DNA of 64,000 nucleotides from Dyella sp. (GTDB lineage Bacteria > Pseudomonadota > Gammaproteobacteria > Xanthomonadales > Rhodanobacteraceae). Below, piece by piece: positions 47,101 through 55,122 of the stretch. The first letter of the stretch is position 1; each line of letters opens with the position of its first letter. The notes under the pieces were generated by a model. The model was not told the DNA's origin. It ran no database searches and worked only from the letters and a program-made list of their open reading frames with translations. The translations under genes and the position numbers were made by a program. The stretch is from assembly GCF_036384435.1 (NCBI RefSeq), contig NZ_DASVMI010000030.1:57946-121945 (forward strand), written 5' to 3'.

Positions 47101-48854
47101 ACCTGGTTTTCCTCGGCCGCAACGATCATCAGGTCAAGCTGCGCGGGTTTCGCATCGAGCTGGGCGAGATCGAGGCCAATCTGGCGAGCCACGCCGCGGT
47201 TCGCGAGTGTGTGGTGCTGGCGCGCGAAGACGTACCCGGCGACAAGCGACTGGTGGCCTATGTCGTGCTGGACAAGCCGGCTGCCAATGCCATTGCGCAG
47301 CTACGCGAACACCTCGCCAAGCGCCTGCCCGAATACATGGTGCCCACGGCTTTCGTGGCCATGGAGGCGATGCCGCTGACCTCGCATGGCAAGCTCGATC
47401 GCAAGGCCCTGCCCGCCCCCGGCGACCAGGCGTTCGCACGACGCACCTATGCACCGCCGCAAGGCGTCGCCGAGCACGCGATCGCCACGCTGTGGGGTGA
47501 ACTGCTCGGTGTCGAACGCATCGGGCGACATGATCACTTCTTCGAGCTCGGCGGCCATTCGCTGCTGGTCACCCGGCTGGCTGCGCGCATGCACGAGCAG
47601 TTCGACAAACCAGTCGCCGTGCGTGACCTGTTCAATCACCCGGTGCTCAAGGACATGGCCGCGTTGATAAGCTCCAATAAGTCACGCGATCATGACATGC
47701 TCGACTTGGACGCCGAGTTGGTGTTGGATGAGACCATCCGTGCGTCTTCTGCGCCCCGCCAAGGCGACGAGCCGCAGCATATCCTGCTGACCGGCGCATC
47801 GGGGTTTCTCGGCGCATTCCTGCTTGTACGCCTGCTCGAATGCAGCCGTGCCGTCGTGCATTGCCTGGTTCGCGGTGATGACGATGCGGATGCGCGAGCC
47901 AGGCTGGATGCCAACATGCGCCAGCTCGGCCTGGATGAGTACGAGCGGGCGCGCGTGTCGGTGATCGCTGGCGACCTCGCCTTGCCCTTGCTGGGCCAGG
48001 ACCGCACGCGCTTCGATCACTTGGCCAACCTGATCGACGTGATCTACCACAACGGCGCCTGGGTCAATTCGCTGCATACCTACGAAAGCCTCAAGGCCGC
48101 CAACGTGCTCGGTACGCAGGAGATTCTGCGGCTTGCCGCACAAGGCACGCCCAAGCATGTGCACTACGTATCCACGCTGAGCACGATACCGCTGGCGCAA
48201 ACGGCGGGGGTACACGTCACCACCGAGAGTGAACTGGCCGAGCACTGGCGAGGGCTGGCATCGGGCTATGCGCAGAGCAAATGGGTCGCCGAACGCCTGT
48301 TGCGTATCGGCGGTGAACGCGGCATTCCCTATACGATCTACCGTCCGACACATATCGGCGCGGCACGTGACAGCGGCGCCAGCAACCCCAGCGACACCTG
48401 GAGCCTGTTCATTGATGCCTGCCTGCGGCTTGAGCGTGTTCCCGAGGTTGATACCGGCATCAACTCCCTGCCGGTCGATTACATGAGTGCATGCATCGTT
48501 GAGCTATCCATGCGCGATGACATTCATGGACGAAGCTTCAATCTCGCCAGCATGCAGTCATTCCAGCTGAGCGAATTGACCCGTCAGATCGCGGCCATCG
48601 AGGAACTGTCGGTCAAGACAGTCGACTATCGCGCGTGGCGCCGCCAGTGCGCGGCGCAGCCGGCGACCAGCCGCCTGGCGGCGGTCATGCCAGCCGAACT
48701 GGTCGAAGAAGATGCCGAGGAGCCCTCGCGCATCCCGCTTGGCAATGCCGTGGAGGACCTATCGCGCCACGGCATGCCCTGCCCGGCACCGAGTACCGAG
48801 ACATTGCGGAAATACGTGCGCTGGCGTTACCGACAAAGCGTGCAACCGGCATGA
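38106..48854 (+). CDS. Trimodular NRPS Cstarter-A-T-C-A-T-C-A-T-R (terminal thioester reductase)
   Basis: Three HHxxxDG C domains, three YTSGSTG.PKG A domains, three GGHSL T domains; terminal TGASGFLG...VSTLST...YAQSK reductase. Confidence 0.97.
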   Translation: MSSQDLRSSLLQSSDVLPLSSPQLDIFHDHLMKGSTPAYNIGGYLDFHGSMDIQRFEKALNLAIRKHDSLRIMLMAGDDDLPGQRIMADMPADLMLLDFSQDASPDDSARTWMRNSMNQPFVLVGAPLFRHALIKLADAHYQWFICVHHLIADGWAMDTLFQSFAGLYSALEQGEEPQLAAPSYARFVESDRLYQASASFTKDRDYWHEKYRDLPDPLLLARHAVHDQTPISGEHVWRLDDALNARIDDLATTHQSTRFQVVLAIFHAFFQRLHQREELVIGLSVLNRKDADARRTVGMFTNVSAMRLAFDLRGSFVDLLKAIAPSLRQDYRHQRFPIGQLNKGLGLFARQRDQLYELSISYENGGVPLRFGDVTAFVFKCTNDYESTPLRLCVRDDLHRRETSLFFIFGHAYYSQAEIAVLQDRFMRFTQALLADPQSSLDSLPIVTPQERAQFDAWNATAIDYPQDACVHACFEQQAARRPDAIALVHEDTSLTYAEVDARANQLAQHLIALGVGPDDRVALCAARQPATIVAMLAILKAGGAYVPIDPSYPAERVAYVLGDAQPRLLLADRAGRQALGAPPAQLPVLDLDGAALAWASLSRERPQVEGLDSRRLAYVIYTSGSTGQPKGVMVEHRQVCHQVTALRHAYQFTADDRLLQFASIAFDMSVEEIFPALLTGATLVLRTDACLESPAAFAAFCAVHQLTYLNLPSTFWAQLALAQPELELPVCLRQVSAGGDAMSLAAASAWLRRQSHRPALFNAYGPTETTVNATMLAVDRPMEVSCIGRPIANTRAYLLDAYRQPVPVGAVGELYIGGAGVARGYLDRPQLTMERFLSDPFSPVADARMYRTGDLARFLPDGNIEFLGRNDHQVKIRGYRIELGEIETRLANHRQVHEAVVLARGESHDRRLVAYVVGDGDANDLRAHLAVELPPYMIPSAFVRLDAFPLTPNGKLDRKALPEPDEAAFAHRAYEAPRDGIEASLAQLWCQLLDLARVGRHDHFFELGGHSLIAIRLLGKVSQQFGVSLPLASLFNHPTLAALAEAIASDHDGAGTATLPPIVAVSHGDHIPLSYAQQRLWFMAQLDQANATYHVSLVLQLEGALDIPALQQALDRLLHRHEALRTVFHAIDGEPRASLLPAHTPFPLVVHDLRQSPHADELLARYKHDHAHAAYDMEHGPLVRANVIRLGDRRHVLQLGMHHIVSDGWSINLLAREINALYVAFAQGQADPLPALRVQYPDYAAWQHTVLSSERLRDQAAYWKDALHGAPDLLHLPTDHPRPSRQSFAGAMRPIRLDVALTRRLRQLGKQHGMSLYMLVTAAWAAVLARLSGQDDVMIGTLSANRGQREIEPLIGFFVSTLPLRIDLSGEPDALTLLSRVRRTTLAAQENQDLPFEQIVDIAKPSRRLDHSPLFQVLFAWQSNDKTGFELPGLTISQSPMSLESIRYDLELHLYETEDAIVGGLGYATALFDETTIDRHIGYLSTTLEAMVADPATALRVPLPDSHELAQLARWNDTAVDPVSVDAIHRLFEQHAASSPQATALICDDQALSYGALNARANQWARHLRSLGVGTGVRSDPRIALCAERGFDMICALLAILKAGACYVPLDPSYPSERLRQVLSEAGAELVLHDTAGHEALGVSSLARYRCVDIGELAMHGTDLAEENLPSPEGTDASSLAYVIYTSGSTGTPKGVAMPHRPLVNLVQWQLAEAVKAGLPAPKTLQFAALGFDVAFQEIFTTLCAGASLVLVDTRTRMQFGKLIALLRHQRVQRVFLPYIALQALAEAAEDIRDDGTALLPELRAIIVAGEQLRLTPQIQRLFTRLPACDLHNHYGPTETHVVTAQVLPAGSIATSLPHVPIGRPIANARTYVLDGHGQPVPVGVAGELYIGGLSIARGYLGRDDLTAARFLADPFDTRTGARMYRTGDLARHLPDGRLIFLGRNDHQVKLRGFRIELGEIEARLAEHASVRECAVIARNDAQGEIQLVAYVVAGSHADDNPATWHAYLAATLPAYMVPAAFVTLEAIPLTAHGKLDRQALPAPDEQALVRAHYEAPRGDVETRLAALWQDLLGVAQVGRRDQFFELGGHSLIAVRLLSRIAQAFGASLPLADLFAWPVLHDLAARIAQQQRSTPHQQTGIPRATRGEMLPLSHAQQRLWFLAQLDGDSATYHIPIAVQLDGPLDVPALREALQQVFARHESLRTVFVARHGQPHARLLDSNAEVALHQHDLRHYGASERVDAATILLARERNRPFDLAAGPLLRASLLRTEEQQHVLQLTLHHIVADGWSLGILSRELGACYAQAQGSRSDMLAPLPIQYADYAAWEHGWLVSERMLEQVTFWQDQLAGSPSLLELPTDRPRPARQSFEGAFVPIELDANLTQDLKRLAQHHGATLFMIVLAAWALVLSRLSGQRDIVIGTPTAGRGRPELESLIGFFVNTLPLRIDLHEATDVASLLRHVRTIALDAQAHQELPFERIVELAKVPRRIDHTPLVQVLLAWQSHDEGSWNLPGMTATPAHGDFDWVKFDQELILSDADGHIRGGINYATALFDRSTIERHAGYLRNVLKAMAAGDTRPLHRIPMLADDEREQLIEMWNRTDMAVESLCLHQQVERHAHESPHSLALVSQQEQVTYADLNARANHLAHHLARMAVRPGDRVALCVEKGVSMFVGLLAIMKAGGVYVPLDPAYASARLDHILLDATPRLLLCDEIGREALGAGARGRLPALDMDQASAWEHEPGDNPAVPGLDARALAYVIYTSGSTGAPKGVMVEHHGIINLGHSLGERLGIDADSRISQFASAGFDASIFECSMAFTAGAALYLPSVAERQSPSAFMAFIGRQRITHATLPPAFLQGHAEAPCWAHRPMLIFAGDASSPGLFRHWSRYARLANAYGPTEITVCASTWVCPDEPGELSVVPVGRPIGNTRLYLLDEHGLPVPRGSIGELYIGGANVARGYLDRPALNAERFVSDPFDDKPQARMYRSGDLMRYLPDGNLVFLGRNDHQVKLRGFRIELGEIEANLASHAAVRECVVLAREDVPGDKRLVAYVVLDKPAANAIAQLREHLAKRLPEYMVPTAFVAMEAMPLTSHGKLDRKALPAPGDQAFARRTYAPPQGVAEHAIATLWGELLGVERIGRHDHFFELGGHSLLVTRLAARMHEQFDKPVAVRDLFNHPVLKDMAALISSNKSRDHDMLDLDAELVLDETIRASSAPRQGDEPQHILLTGASGFLGAFLLVRLLECSRAVVHCLVRGDDDADARARLDANMRQLGLDEYERARVSVIAGDLALPLLGQDRTRFDHLANLIDVIYHNGAWVNSLHTYESLKAANVLGTQEILRLAAQGTPKHVHYVSTLSTIPLAQTAGVHVTTESELAEHWRGLASGYAQSKWVAERLLRIGGERGIPYTIYRPTHIGAARDSGASNPSDTWSLFIDACLRLERVPEVDTGINSLPVDYMSACIVELSMRDDIHGRSFNLASMQSFQLSELTRQIAAIEELSVKTVDYRAWRRQCAAQPATSRLAAVMPAELVEEDAEEPSRIPLGNAVEDLSRHGMPCPAPSTETLRKYVRWRYRQSVQPA

Positions 48855-48899
48855 TGGCAATGCCACGGTTCCTGGCCTGCCATCTGGAGCCGTGGTACC

Positions 48900-49595
48900 T
48901 CACGGCAAGCGTTCGGGGTGATAGGCCTTGATGAACGGATCGTAGAGTGCCTGGGCTTGCGACGCCGTCATGCCGCCGACGGCGGTGCCGTGATCCTTGG
49001 CCTGGATGCCCAGGACATAGCGATCCCTGGGCAGCGCCACCACCTGCACGGGCCCGCCGTCGTCCTTGCGTGGTACCTCGATGACGAGGCGATCGCCGGT
49101 CGGTTCGGGCAAGGCGACGGATAGATAGTCGGGGCCGCCATAGGCCGGCAGCAGCTCTGGATTGGCCTTCATGCCGTCGATGGTATCCAGCATCATCTGC
49201 AAGGTGGCCTTGGTCATGTTGCGCTGGCGCTCGAATGTGGCTTTCACGCCAGGCGCGACGTCGGGCTTGTCCAGCCCAGGCGAGCGCGTGTCCGTCAGCG
49301 ATACATCCACCTCTCGCCCATTGTCGTCACCGTAAATGGCCGTGATGGCGTTGAATGTGCAGCTCCAGCGCTTGAACGGCAGGCCGCCGATCGTGGCCTT
49401 GGGCGGCATCGCCTTGACCAGTACATGACCTTCGCACTCAGCCGTCGATGCCGCATCCTGCTGCGCGCTGTCGGGACCCGACGGGGCACTGGCCTGCTGT
49501 GCGTCGCCATGACGTCCGCTGCAAGCGGCGAGCAGCGTGGCCAAGAACCACGCCAGCCCATGGCGTGCACGCGGAGTCGATCGTAGAAAAGCCAT
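48900..49595 (-). CDS. Hypothetical lipoprotein
   Basis: Lipobox LLAAC after a basic/hydrophobic leader; coding-like 231-aa ORF. Confidence 0.7.
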   Translation of the reverse strand: MAFLRSTPRARHGLAWFLATLLAACSGRHGDAQQASAPSGPDSAQQDAASTAECEGHVLVKAMPPKATIGGLPFKRWSCTFNAITAIYGDDNGREVDVSLTDTRSPGLDKPDVAPGVKATFERQRNMTKATLQMMLDTIDGMKANPELLPAYGGPDYLSVALPEPTGDRLVIEVPRKDDGGPVQVVALPRDRYVLGIQAKDHGTAVGGMTASQAQALYDPFIKAYHPERLP

Positions 49596-49763
49596 GGAGG
49601 GATCCGGCAAAGCGTCTTGATGTCGACATGAGCGCGTATTGTCCCTGCATGCGTGTATCGGGGAGGTCAGGAGTTGGGCGTGAGGAGTGAGGGGTAAAAG
49701 CCGGTGAGCCCGAATTCTGCTCTTGCACCCGACGCCTCGCGGGTGCGCGAATAGCCGCCTGCT

Positions 49764-50429
49764 TCATACCGCTCGCATCGACAACTCCACATCCTCGCCG
49801 AACGGAACCGACAAGTAGCCACCTTCCGGAGCGCGCATCCGCGTCAGATAGTCTGGATTGAAGTCGGCATTGTCGGCCACGATCAGTGCACCGGGCCGCA
49901 GCCGGTGCTCGACCAGGTCCAGCACATCACCATAGAGTGCCTTGGCACCGTCGAGCAGCAACAGGTCGACGCTGTCGGGCAGATCCCTCGCCAGCGTCTG
50001 CAGGGCGTCGCCTTCGCGGATGTCCACCAGATCCAGCAAACCGCCTGCGGCCAGGTGTTCGCGTGCGCGAATGACCTTCGAGGGTTCGAACTCGCTGGTG
50101 ATCAGCTGGCCGCCACCATTGTCGCGCAGCGCAGACGCCAGATGCAGCGTGGAAATGCCGAATGACGTGCCGAACTCGACGATGTGCCTGGCACCGATGC
50201 TGCGCGCGAGCATGTACAGCAACAAGCCGGTCTCGCGTGAGACCGCCAGAGGAAAGTCCTTCAGGTGACCGTAGAACTCGCGGTAATCGGTACGGCTGCG
50301 CAGGAGGCGGCCGCGCTCCTGAGACGACAGGGCGGCCATGGCCGGCGACGACAGGGGCGAGGATGCCTTGGCTTCACGAAACAGTTGGTCGAGCAGGGGC
50401 GCCACAGGCGCGGCGTTCAAGGTAGTCAT
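49764..50429 (-). CDS. Class I SAM-dependent O-methyltransferase
   Basis: IVEFGTSFGISTLHLA, GDALQTL, LLLDGAKALY. Confidence 0.92.
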   Translation of the reverse strand: MTTLNAAPVAPLLDQLFREAKASSPLSSPAMAALSSQERGRLLRSRTDYREFYGHLKDFPLAVSRETGLLLYMLARSIGARHIVEFGTSFGISTLHLASALRDNGGGQLITSEFEPSKVIRAREHLAAGGLLDLVDIREGDALQTLARDLPDSVDLLLLDGAKALYGDVLDLVEHRLRPGALIVADNADFNPDYLTRMRAPEGGYLSVPFGEDVELSMRAV

Positions 50430-50474
50430 GGGTATTCCGAGGGGTTGGTTACGCCATAGCGATCGGCTTAGAAT

Positions 50475-50490
50475 GCGATGAATTCATCGC
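50475..50490. promoter_or_regulatory. Perfect 16-bp palindrome GCGATGAATTCATCGC, TetR operator candidate
   Basis: Between the divergent methyltransferase and TetR genes. Confidence 0.65.
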
Positions 50491-50517
50491 GTTTTCTAAT
50501 CGCATTTCCGGCGCCCC

Positions 50518-51147
50518 ATGACCGAGCAACCCAGACCACGGCTTTCCCCACGAAAACAGCCCAAACAGGCGCGCTCGACCGAGCTTGTCGCGGTCATCCT
50601 GGAGGCGGCGGTTCACGTTTTGGCGAAGGAAGGCGCCCAGCGCTTCACCACGGCCCGCGTTGCCGAAAAGGCCGGGGTCAGCGTGGGTTCGCTGTATCAG
50701 TATTTTCCCAACAAGGCCGCCATTCTCTATCGCCTGCAAAGCGACGAGTGGCGGCAAACGCTGGACATGCTGCGCACTATCCTCGAAGACAGGTCGCTAT
50801 CGCCTGTCGATCGCCTGCGCAAACTGGTCCACGCCTTCATTCGTTCCGAGTGCGAGGAGGCAGGCATGCGTACCGCACTCAGTGACGCGGCGCCGCTTTA
50901 TCGCAATGCACCCGAGACACTGAGTGCCAAGGCCGAGGGCGCGCAGATCATTCGTGCGTTCATGCGCGAAGCATTGCCCGGGGCGACGGAGCAGACCTTC
51001 GACATGGCCGCGAAACTGATCACCCACACGCTGAGCGCGGTGGGAAAACAGTTCTCCGAAACGCCACGTCGTGACAGCGACATCATCACCTACGCCGATG
51101 CGCTGGCGGATATGTTCCAGGCCTACCTGCAAAGCTTGCAGCACTGA
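50518..51147 (+). CDS. TetR-family regulator
   Basis: FTTARVAEKAGVSVGSLYQYFPNK. Confidence 0.95.
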   Translation: MTEQPRPRLSPRKQPKQARSTELVAVILEAAVHVLAKEGAQRFTTARVAEKAGVSVGSLYQYFPNKAAILYRLQSDEWRQTLDMLRTILEDRSLSPVDRLRKLVHAFIRSECEEAGMRTALSDAAPLYRNAPETLSAKAEGAQIIRAFMREALPGATEQTFDMAAKLITHTLSAVGKQFSETPRRDSDIITYADALADMFQAYLQSLQH

Positions 51148-51313
51148 TAGGCCAGCCAGGAAACCAAGGCGGTGTTCTTGAACCGCCGGGCCGGGCATGT
51201 TAGCGTCCTCGCCGCCAAGCCATCCGGCTATGCCGTAAGCGTTTACGTCAACCAACGCGCAATGTCGCCACGCGAGCTACGCATGCTCGCGGGCCTGCGC
51301 CCGAGGTTGATCG

Positions 51314-52570
51314 ATGAAAACGCCTTCCCTGCTCGCTACGCCTTTCCTGCCACGAATACGCATCCGACCGGATGCCACGGCAATGTGCCTGTATTTTCTC
51401 GCTGGCCTGGCAGACGGTGCACTGATGCCATTCTTCGCGCTCTGGGCGCAGCACGAGGCGGCCATACCGACCCGCTATATCGGTTTGCTGCTGGCGTGCT
51501 ATGCCGGCGGTGAACTGGTGGCCACACCTATTCTCGGCGGCATTGCCGACCGGCTTGGGCGGCGTCCTGTGCTGCTGCTCTCGACACTGGGCGTGGGTGT
51601 CGGTTTCATGCTGCTGGCGCATCTGCAGGGGATGATCGCCGTGGCCGTGAGCTTGCTGGCCATCGGCATGTTCGAGTGCGCCCTGCATCCGACCATCGCC
51701 ACTGTCATCGCCGATACGGCAGATGACGAGTCACTGCGCATGCGCTATGCCATGGCGCGCATGGCCGCTGGCAGCGGGCACGTGGTGGGCCCGGCGCTCG
51801 GGTCGGCCCTGGCACTGATCTCGCTGAACAGCGTGTTTTCCGGTTGTGGCCTTGCCTTGCTCATGGCCTCGCTGATCATCCTGGCGATTCTTCCCGAGAC
51901 GCGTGCCACGGCAGCCAACGTGGCGGCCAGCGATGACCAGGAAGACGAGGATGAAGAAGGCTTGTCTTCATTGTTGCCAGCCTTTCGCGACCGACGCCTC
52001 GCCAGCCTGCTGCTGTGGTTTACGCTCATGGAGATCGTCGGCGGATGGACGGAAGCCATACTGCCGCTCTACGCACATGGCGAGCGCGCGCTTTCCACCA
52101 CTGGCGTCGGCCTGCTGTTCTCGTATGCGGCGGCGGCAGCCGTGGCGTTGCAGTGGCCAATCACACGCTGGAGTTCGCGCATGTCCGCGTATTCACTGCT
52201 GCTTGGCGCAGGCGTCGTGCTTGCAGGCGGCTTCTGCACGCTGTTGCTCACACCAAGTCTCGTGTCATTGGGTGCTTGCGTCACATTGATGGCTCTTGCA
52301 CAGGCCTTGATCGGCCCGCTGATCCCGGTTGCGGTCAATGCCATGGCAGCGCCATCGGCACGCGCAAGCTACATGGCGGCGATCTCCACCGCCAATGACC
52401 TGAAGGATTCGGCCGGTCCCGCATCAGGCATGTATCTGTACGGGCTATCGACCAGGCTGCCCTGGCTGCTCGGCATACCGGTTGCCCTGGTCGCTGCCCT
52501 GGCGCTGGCCATCACCGTCAGAAGCACCGAGACTCGCCGGAGCGGCCTGGGTCGCGAATGCGGGCCCTGA
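51314..52570 (+). CDS. MFS transporter (TetA/DHA1-like)
   Basis: GGIADRLGRRPVLL motif A; about 12 TM segments. Confidence 0.9.
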   Translation: MKTPSLLATPFLPRIRIRPDATAMCLYFLAGLADGALMPFFALWAQHEAAIPTRYIGLLLACYAGGELVATPILGGIADRLGRRPVLLLSTLGVGVGFMLLAHLQGMIAVAVSLLAIGMFECALHPTIATVIADTADDESLRMRYAMARMAAGSGHVVGPALGSALALISLNSVFSGCGLALLMASLIILAILPETRATAANVAASDDQEDEDEEGLSSLLPAFRDRRLASLLLWFTLMEIVGGWTEAILPLYAHGERALSTTGVGLLFSYAAAAAVALQWPITRWSSRMSAYSLLLGAGVVLAGGFCTLLLTPSLVSLGACVTLMALAQALIGPLIPVAVNAMAAPSARASYMAAISTANDLKDSAGPASGMYLYGLSTRLPWLLGIPVALVAALALAITVRSTETRRSGLGRECGP

Positions 52571-52668
52571 AAACCGCCAAGCCACGACCTCGTCGCACCT
52601 TGCATCGCAACTGAAGTCGCTCCTGGGGTCAACGGCGACTTGCAATGGGACAATGGCCACCAGAAAAC

Positions 52669-52700
52669 AAAGAGCCGGGAGGTTGCCCTCCCGGCTCTTT
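52669..52700. terminator. Bidirectional intrinsic terminator
   Basis: AAAGAGCCGGGAGG-TTGC-CCTCCCGGCTCTTT. Confidence 0.75.
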
Positions 52701-52737
52701 ACCCACTCAAGCCCTGCGAGGCTTCAACAAGCTTACA

Positions 52738-53820
52738 TCAGTTCGATTCAGTGAACTGGATCGACGGGTTCGAACCACCCGCTGTCGTGCACGAATGCAG
52801 GGTCAGGTTGTTGGTCTCACCCGTGGAACCGGCATTCGACGCGCAGGTCGGCGCCGAGGTGCTACCGTTGCTGACGGCGACCTTCACGGTGACCGAGGAA
52901 CCCGAGTTGAACTGGGCCTTCGAACCGCCAGCATTGCCGACCACGTTGAACTCCGACGACTTCCACACGCTGGCAATGTGCAGCTTGCTGTCGCTGCCGC
53001 TAGCGCTATAGGCGTGGGTGCCGTTGGTGAAGGTCACGGTGTCGTTGCCGCCATTGACCACGGTGCCGGTCAACTTGAGGTTGGCCAACTGGGTCGCCGG
53101 TACGTCCGGAGCAGTCGCGGCACTGCTGTTGCCATAGCAATCGCCTTCGCCGTCACTGCCGAAGCCGCTCGGGCAACGGCTGCTACCCCAGCCGATCAGC
53201 CAATACTGCATGAATACGGCGGCCTGGCCGTCTACGTTGTAATCCGGCGAGTAGATGAACTGTTGCCACACCACGCAACCCGAATGCCCGGCGCACGAAG
53301 ACGTAGTCGAGTTGAAATCGGTGTTGATCTGCAGCGTGTACTCGTTCGGTCCCAGGATGCCGCCACCACCGAACGACGATACGCCCACGCCCGACTCGGA
53401 GGTAACACCGGTCACCGACGGGAACGAGCCCACGGTGCTGGTGATCAGGGTGTTGCTCTTCAACGCATAGTCGTTGCCGTTGCCGACGGTCTGGCCACCA
53501 CCACTGAGCAATGTCAGGTGATGCGGCGGTACCGGCGGGATGCTGTGTGCGCGCGCCGGAGCGGTATTACAGGCCACCTGCTTCCAGGTGGTGCTGGGAT
53601 ACTCGGCCTCGAAGCATCCATCGGCCGGCGCGGAAAGATGCGAAATGGTTTCACGCCAGTTGGTCTGGGCCTGCGCCTGCAACTGATCGGTCTGTACAGC
53701 CTGCTGTTCCACGCTCGAGGCAGCGAATGCGGTGGGAACCGACATGGCTCCTCCCGCAAGACCGGCCAGGATCGCGACCTGCAACATGTAACGCACCCCA
53801 CGTTTCACGTTCGACTGCAT
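52738..53820 (-). CDS. Secreted Ser/Gly/Thr-rich protein, putative thermopsin/glutamic-peptidase-like zymogen
   Basis: Signal peptide, Cys-pair pro-region, EYTLQINT, VWQQFIY, SEFNVVGNAGG. Confidence 0.6.
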   Translation of the reverse strand: MQSNVKRGVRYMLQVAILAGLAGGAMSVPTAFAASSVEQQAVQTDQLQAQAQTNWRETISHLSAPADGCFEAEYPSTTWKQVACNTAPARAHSIPPVPPHHLTLLSGGGQTVGNGNDYALKSNTLITSTVGSFPSVTGVTSESGVGVSSFGGGGILGPNEYTLQINTDFNSTTSSCAGHSGCVVWQQFIYSPDYNVDGQAAVFMQYWLIGWGSSRCPSGFGSDGEGDCYGNSSAATAPDVPATQLANLKLTGTVVNGGNDTVTFTNGTHAYSASGSDSKLHIASVWKSSEFNVVGNAGGSKAQFNSGSSVTVKVAVSNGSTSAPTCASNAGSTGETNNLTLHSCTTAGGSNPSIQFTESN

Positions 53821-54356
53821 ACAACCCTCCCATAACGATGGTTTTTTCGACTCCGGACGATCCGGCGTCGGGATAATCCCCCTGAAAGCAATTACAACCG
53901 TCGCAAATTCGGCGCATACATAATTCGAGCCTATTAATCGGAGTTAAATCCAATCGCAAGATAATTCGAATCATCAATATAGGATGCCGTCATTGCCGTC
54001 GCCTGAAGACACACTCCCCTTGCGGGTACGAAAATGCTTTCGTATCCGTAACTTAGGGTTACATCAAGGCGATAAAAACGATTGTGCCCGCGTCAACAAA
54101 CTCATTTTGTGACGTGCAACTGCTTTATGACGCCAAATATCAAAGGCGCTGCAAATATTGAATTTTTCAGGGAAACGCAGGTGAATTAAAAAACCCTACC
54201 CATGATGAAGTCATTATTCGAAGCAATGCCTCACTTCGCGACCCAAGTCACATGAGATTGTTCACCGATGTAAAATCCATGCATGCGAAGTTATTTACGA
54301 TGCGCGGCAATCGCCAGCCATATAACCAAGCAGCCATGCATAGGCCTGCAAACACT

Positions 54357-54950
54357 TCAGGATTGCCAGGAAAGCTTGCGGTCCACGACCCGCCAGGTGC
54401 CACTCGAGCGACTCAGCACGATAAACCCGCTGTGCGCGCAGAGGCCGCCGCATTCCTCGGTGAGATACACCACGGCCTGCAAACCATCGGCGGCATAGGC
54501 GGGCATGCTGACGCGCACCAGTATTCTCGCGTTGGGAAAGGTCGCGCGAAACGCGGTGCCATCGCCCAAGGCAATCGCCTGTCCAGACGCTACGGTCGTC
54601 GGCTTGCCGACCTGGGTCTGCATCAACGTGTGCAATCGCTGTTCATCGACCACATAAAGCTGGGCACAGGCGGAGATATCGGGCAGTCGCTGCGTGGCGC
54701 GTGTGCGATCCACCAGTTGCTTGAGCATCTGCAGCGACAGGCTGCCGGGCCCGGACGCCTGGCCTTGCTTGTCGATATCCGGGAGCACGGGCTGGGTGGA
54801 AAGTACGACGGCTCCGTGCTTGCCCTGCGCGCACGACTGGCTAAGCACCGCATCGAGTACGGCCTGGTCGTCCGGTGATGCCTGATGCGATGAGCAGCCA
54901 TCGAGGATGACCGAAACGGTGAGCAGCAGCGCGACGAGGCATCGGTTCAT
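54357..54950 (-). CDS. Hypothetical lipoprotein
   Basis: MNRCLVALLLTVSVILDGC leader; C-terminal ECGGLCAHSGFIVLSRSSGTWRVV. Confidence 0.65.
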   Translation of the reverse strand: MNRCLVALLLTVSVILDGCSSHQASPDDQAVLDAVLSQSCAQGKHGAVVLSTQPVLPDIDKQGQASGPGSLSLQMLKQLVDRTRATQRLPDISACAQLYVVDEQRLHTLMQTQVGKPTTVASGQAIALGDGTAFRATFPNARILVRVSMPAYAADGLQAVVYLTEECGGLCAHSGFIVLSRSSGTWRVVDRKLSWQS

Positions 54951-55122
54951 CACGCGACGATAGCATTTGCCGCGCCTTCGATCGGCAACGCGCCTGCTGG
55001 AACCTCTCATCGACATCGTCATTCCGGCGAAGGCCGTAATCCAGCGCCTCCAGTTCCATCAAAGCCAAGACGCCAGGACGACGGATAAGCGAGGTTTTAC
55101 AGGCTCCTTGAAGTCGCTCTTA

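Noticed and set aside
38106-48854. Long antisense ORFs (e.g. 41814-43022, 45483-47192) and internal repeats within the NRPS
   Set aside because: GC-rich codon-bias shadows; the repeats are module paralogy
47640-48854. Lys2-like or carboxylic acid reductase of primary metabolism
   Set aside because: The R domain terminates a three-module assembly line with C domains
38106-48854. Siderophore NRPS (hydroxy-Orn-like A1 code)
   Set aside because: No ornithine monooxygenase, TonB receptor or obvious Fur box nearby, and Pro-Phe-R is atypical; not fully excluded
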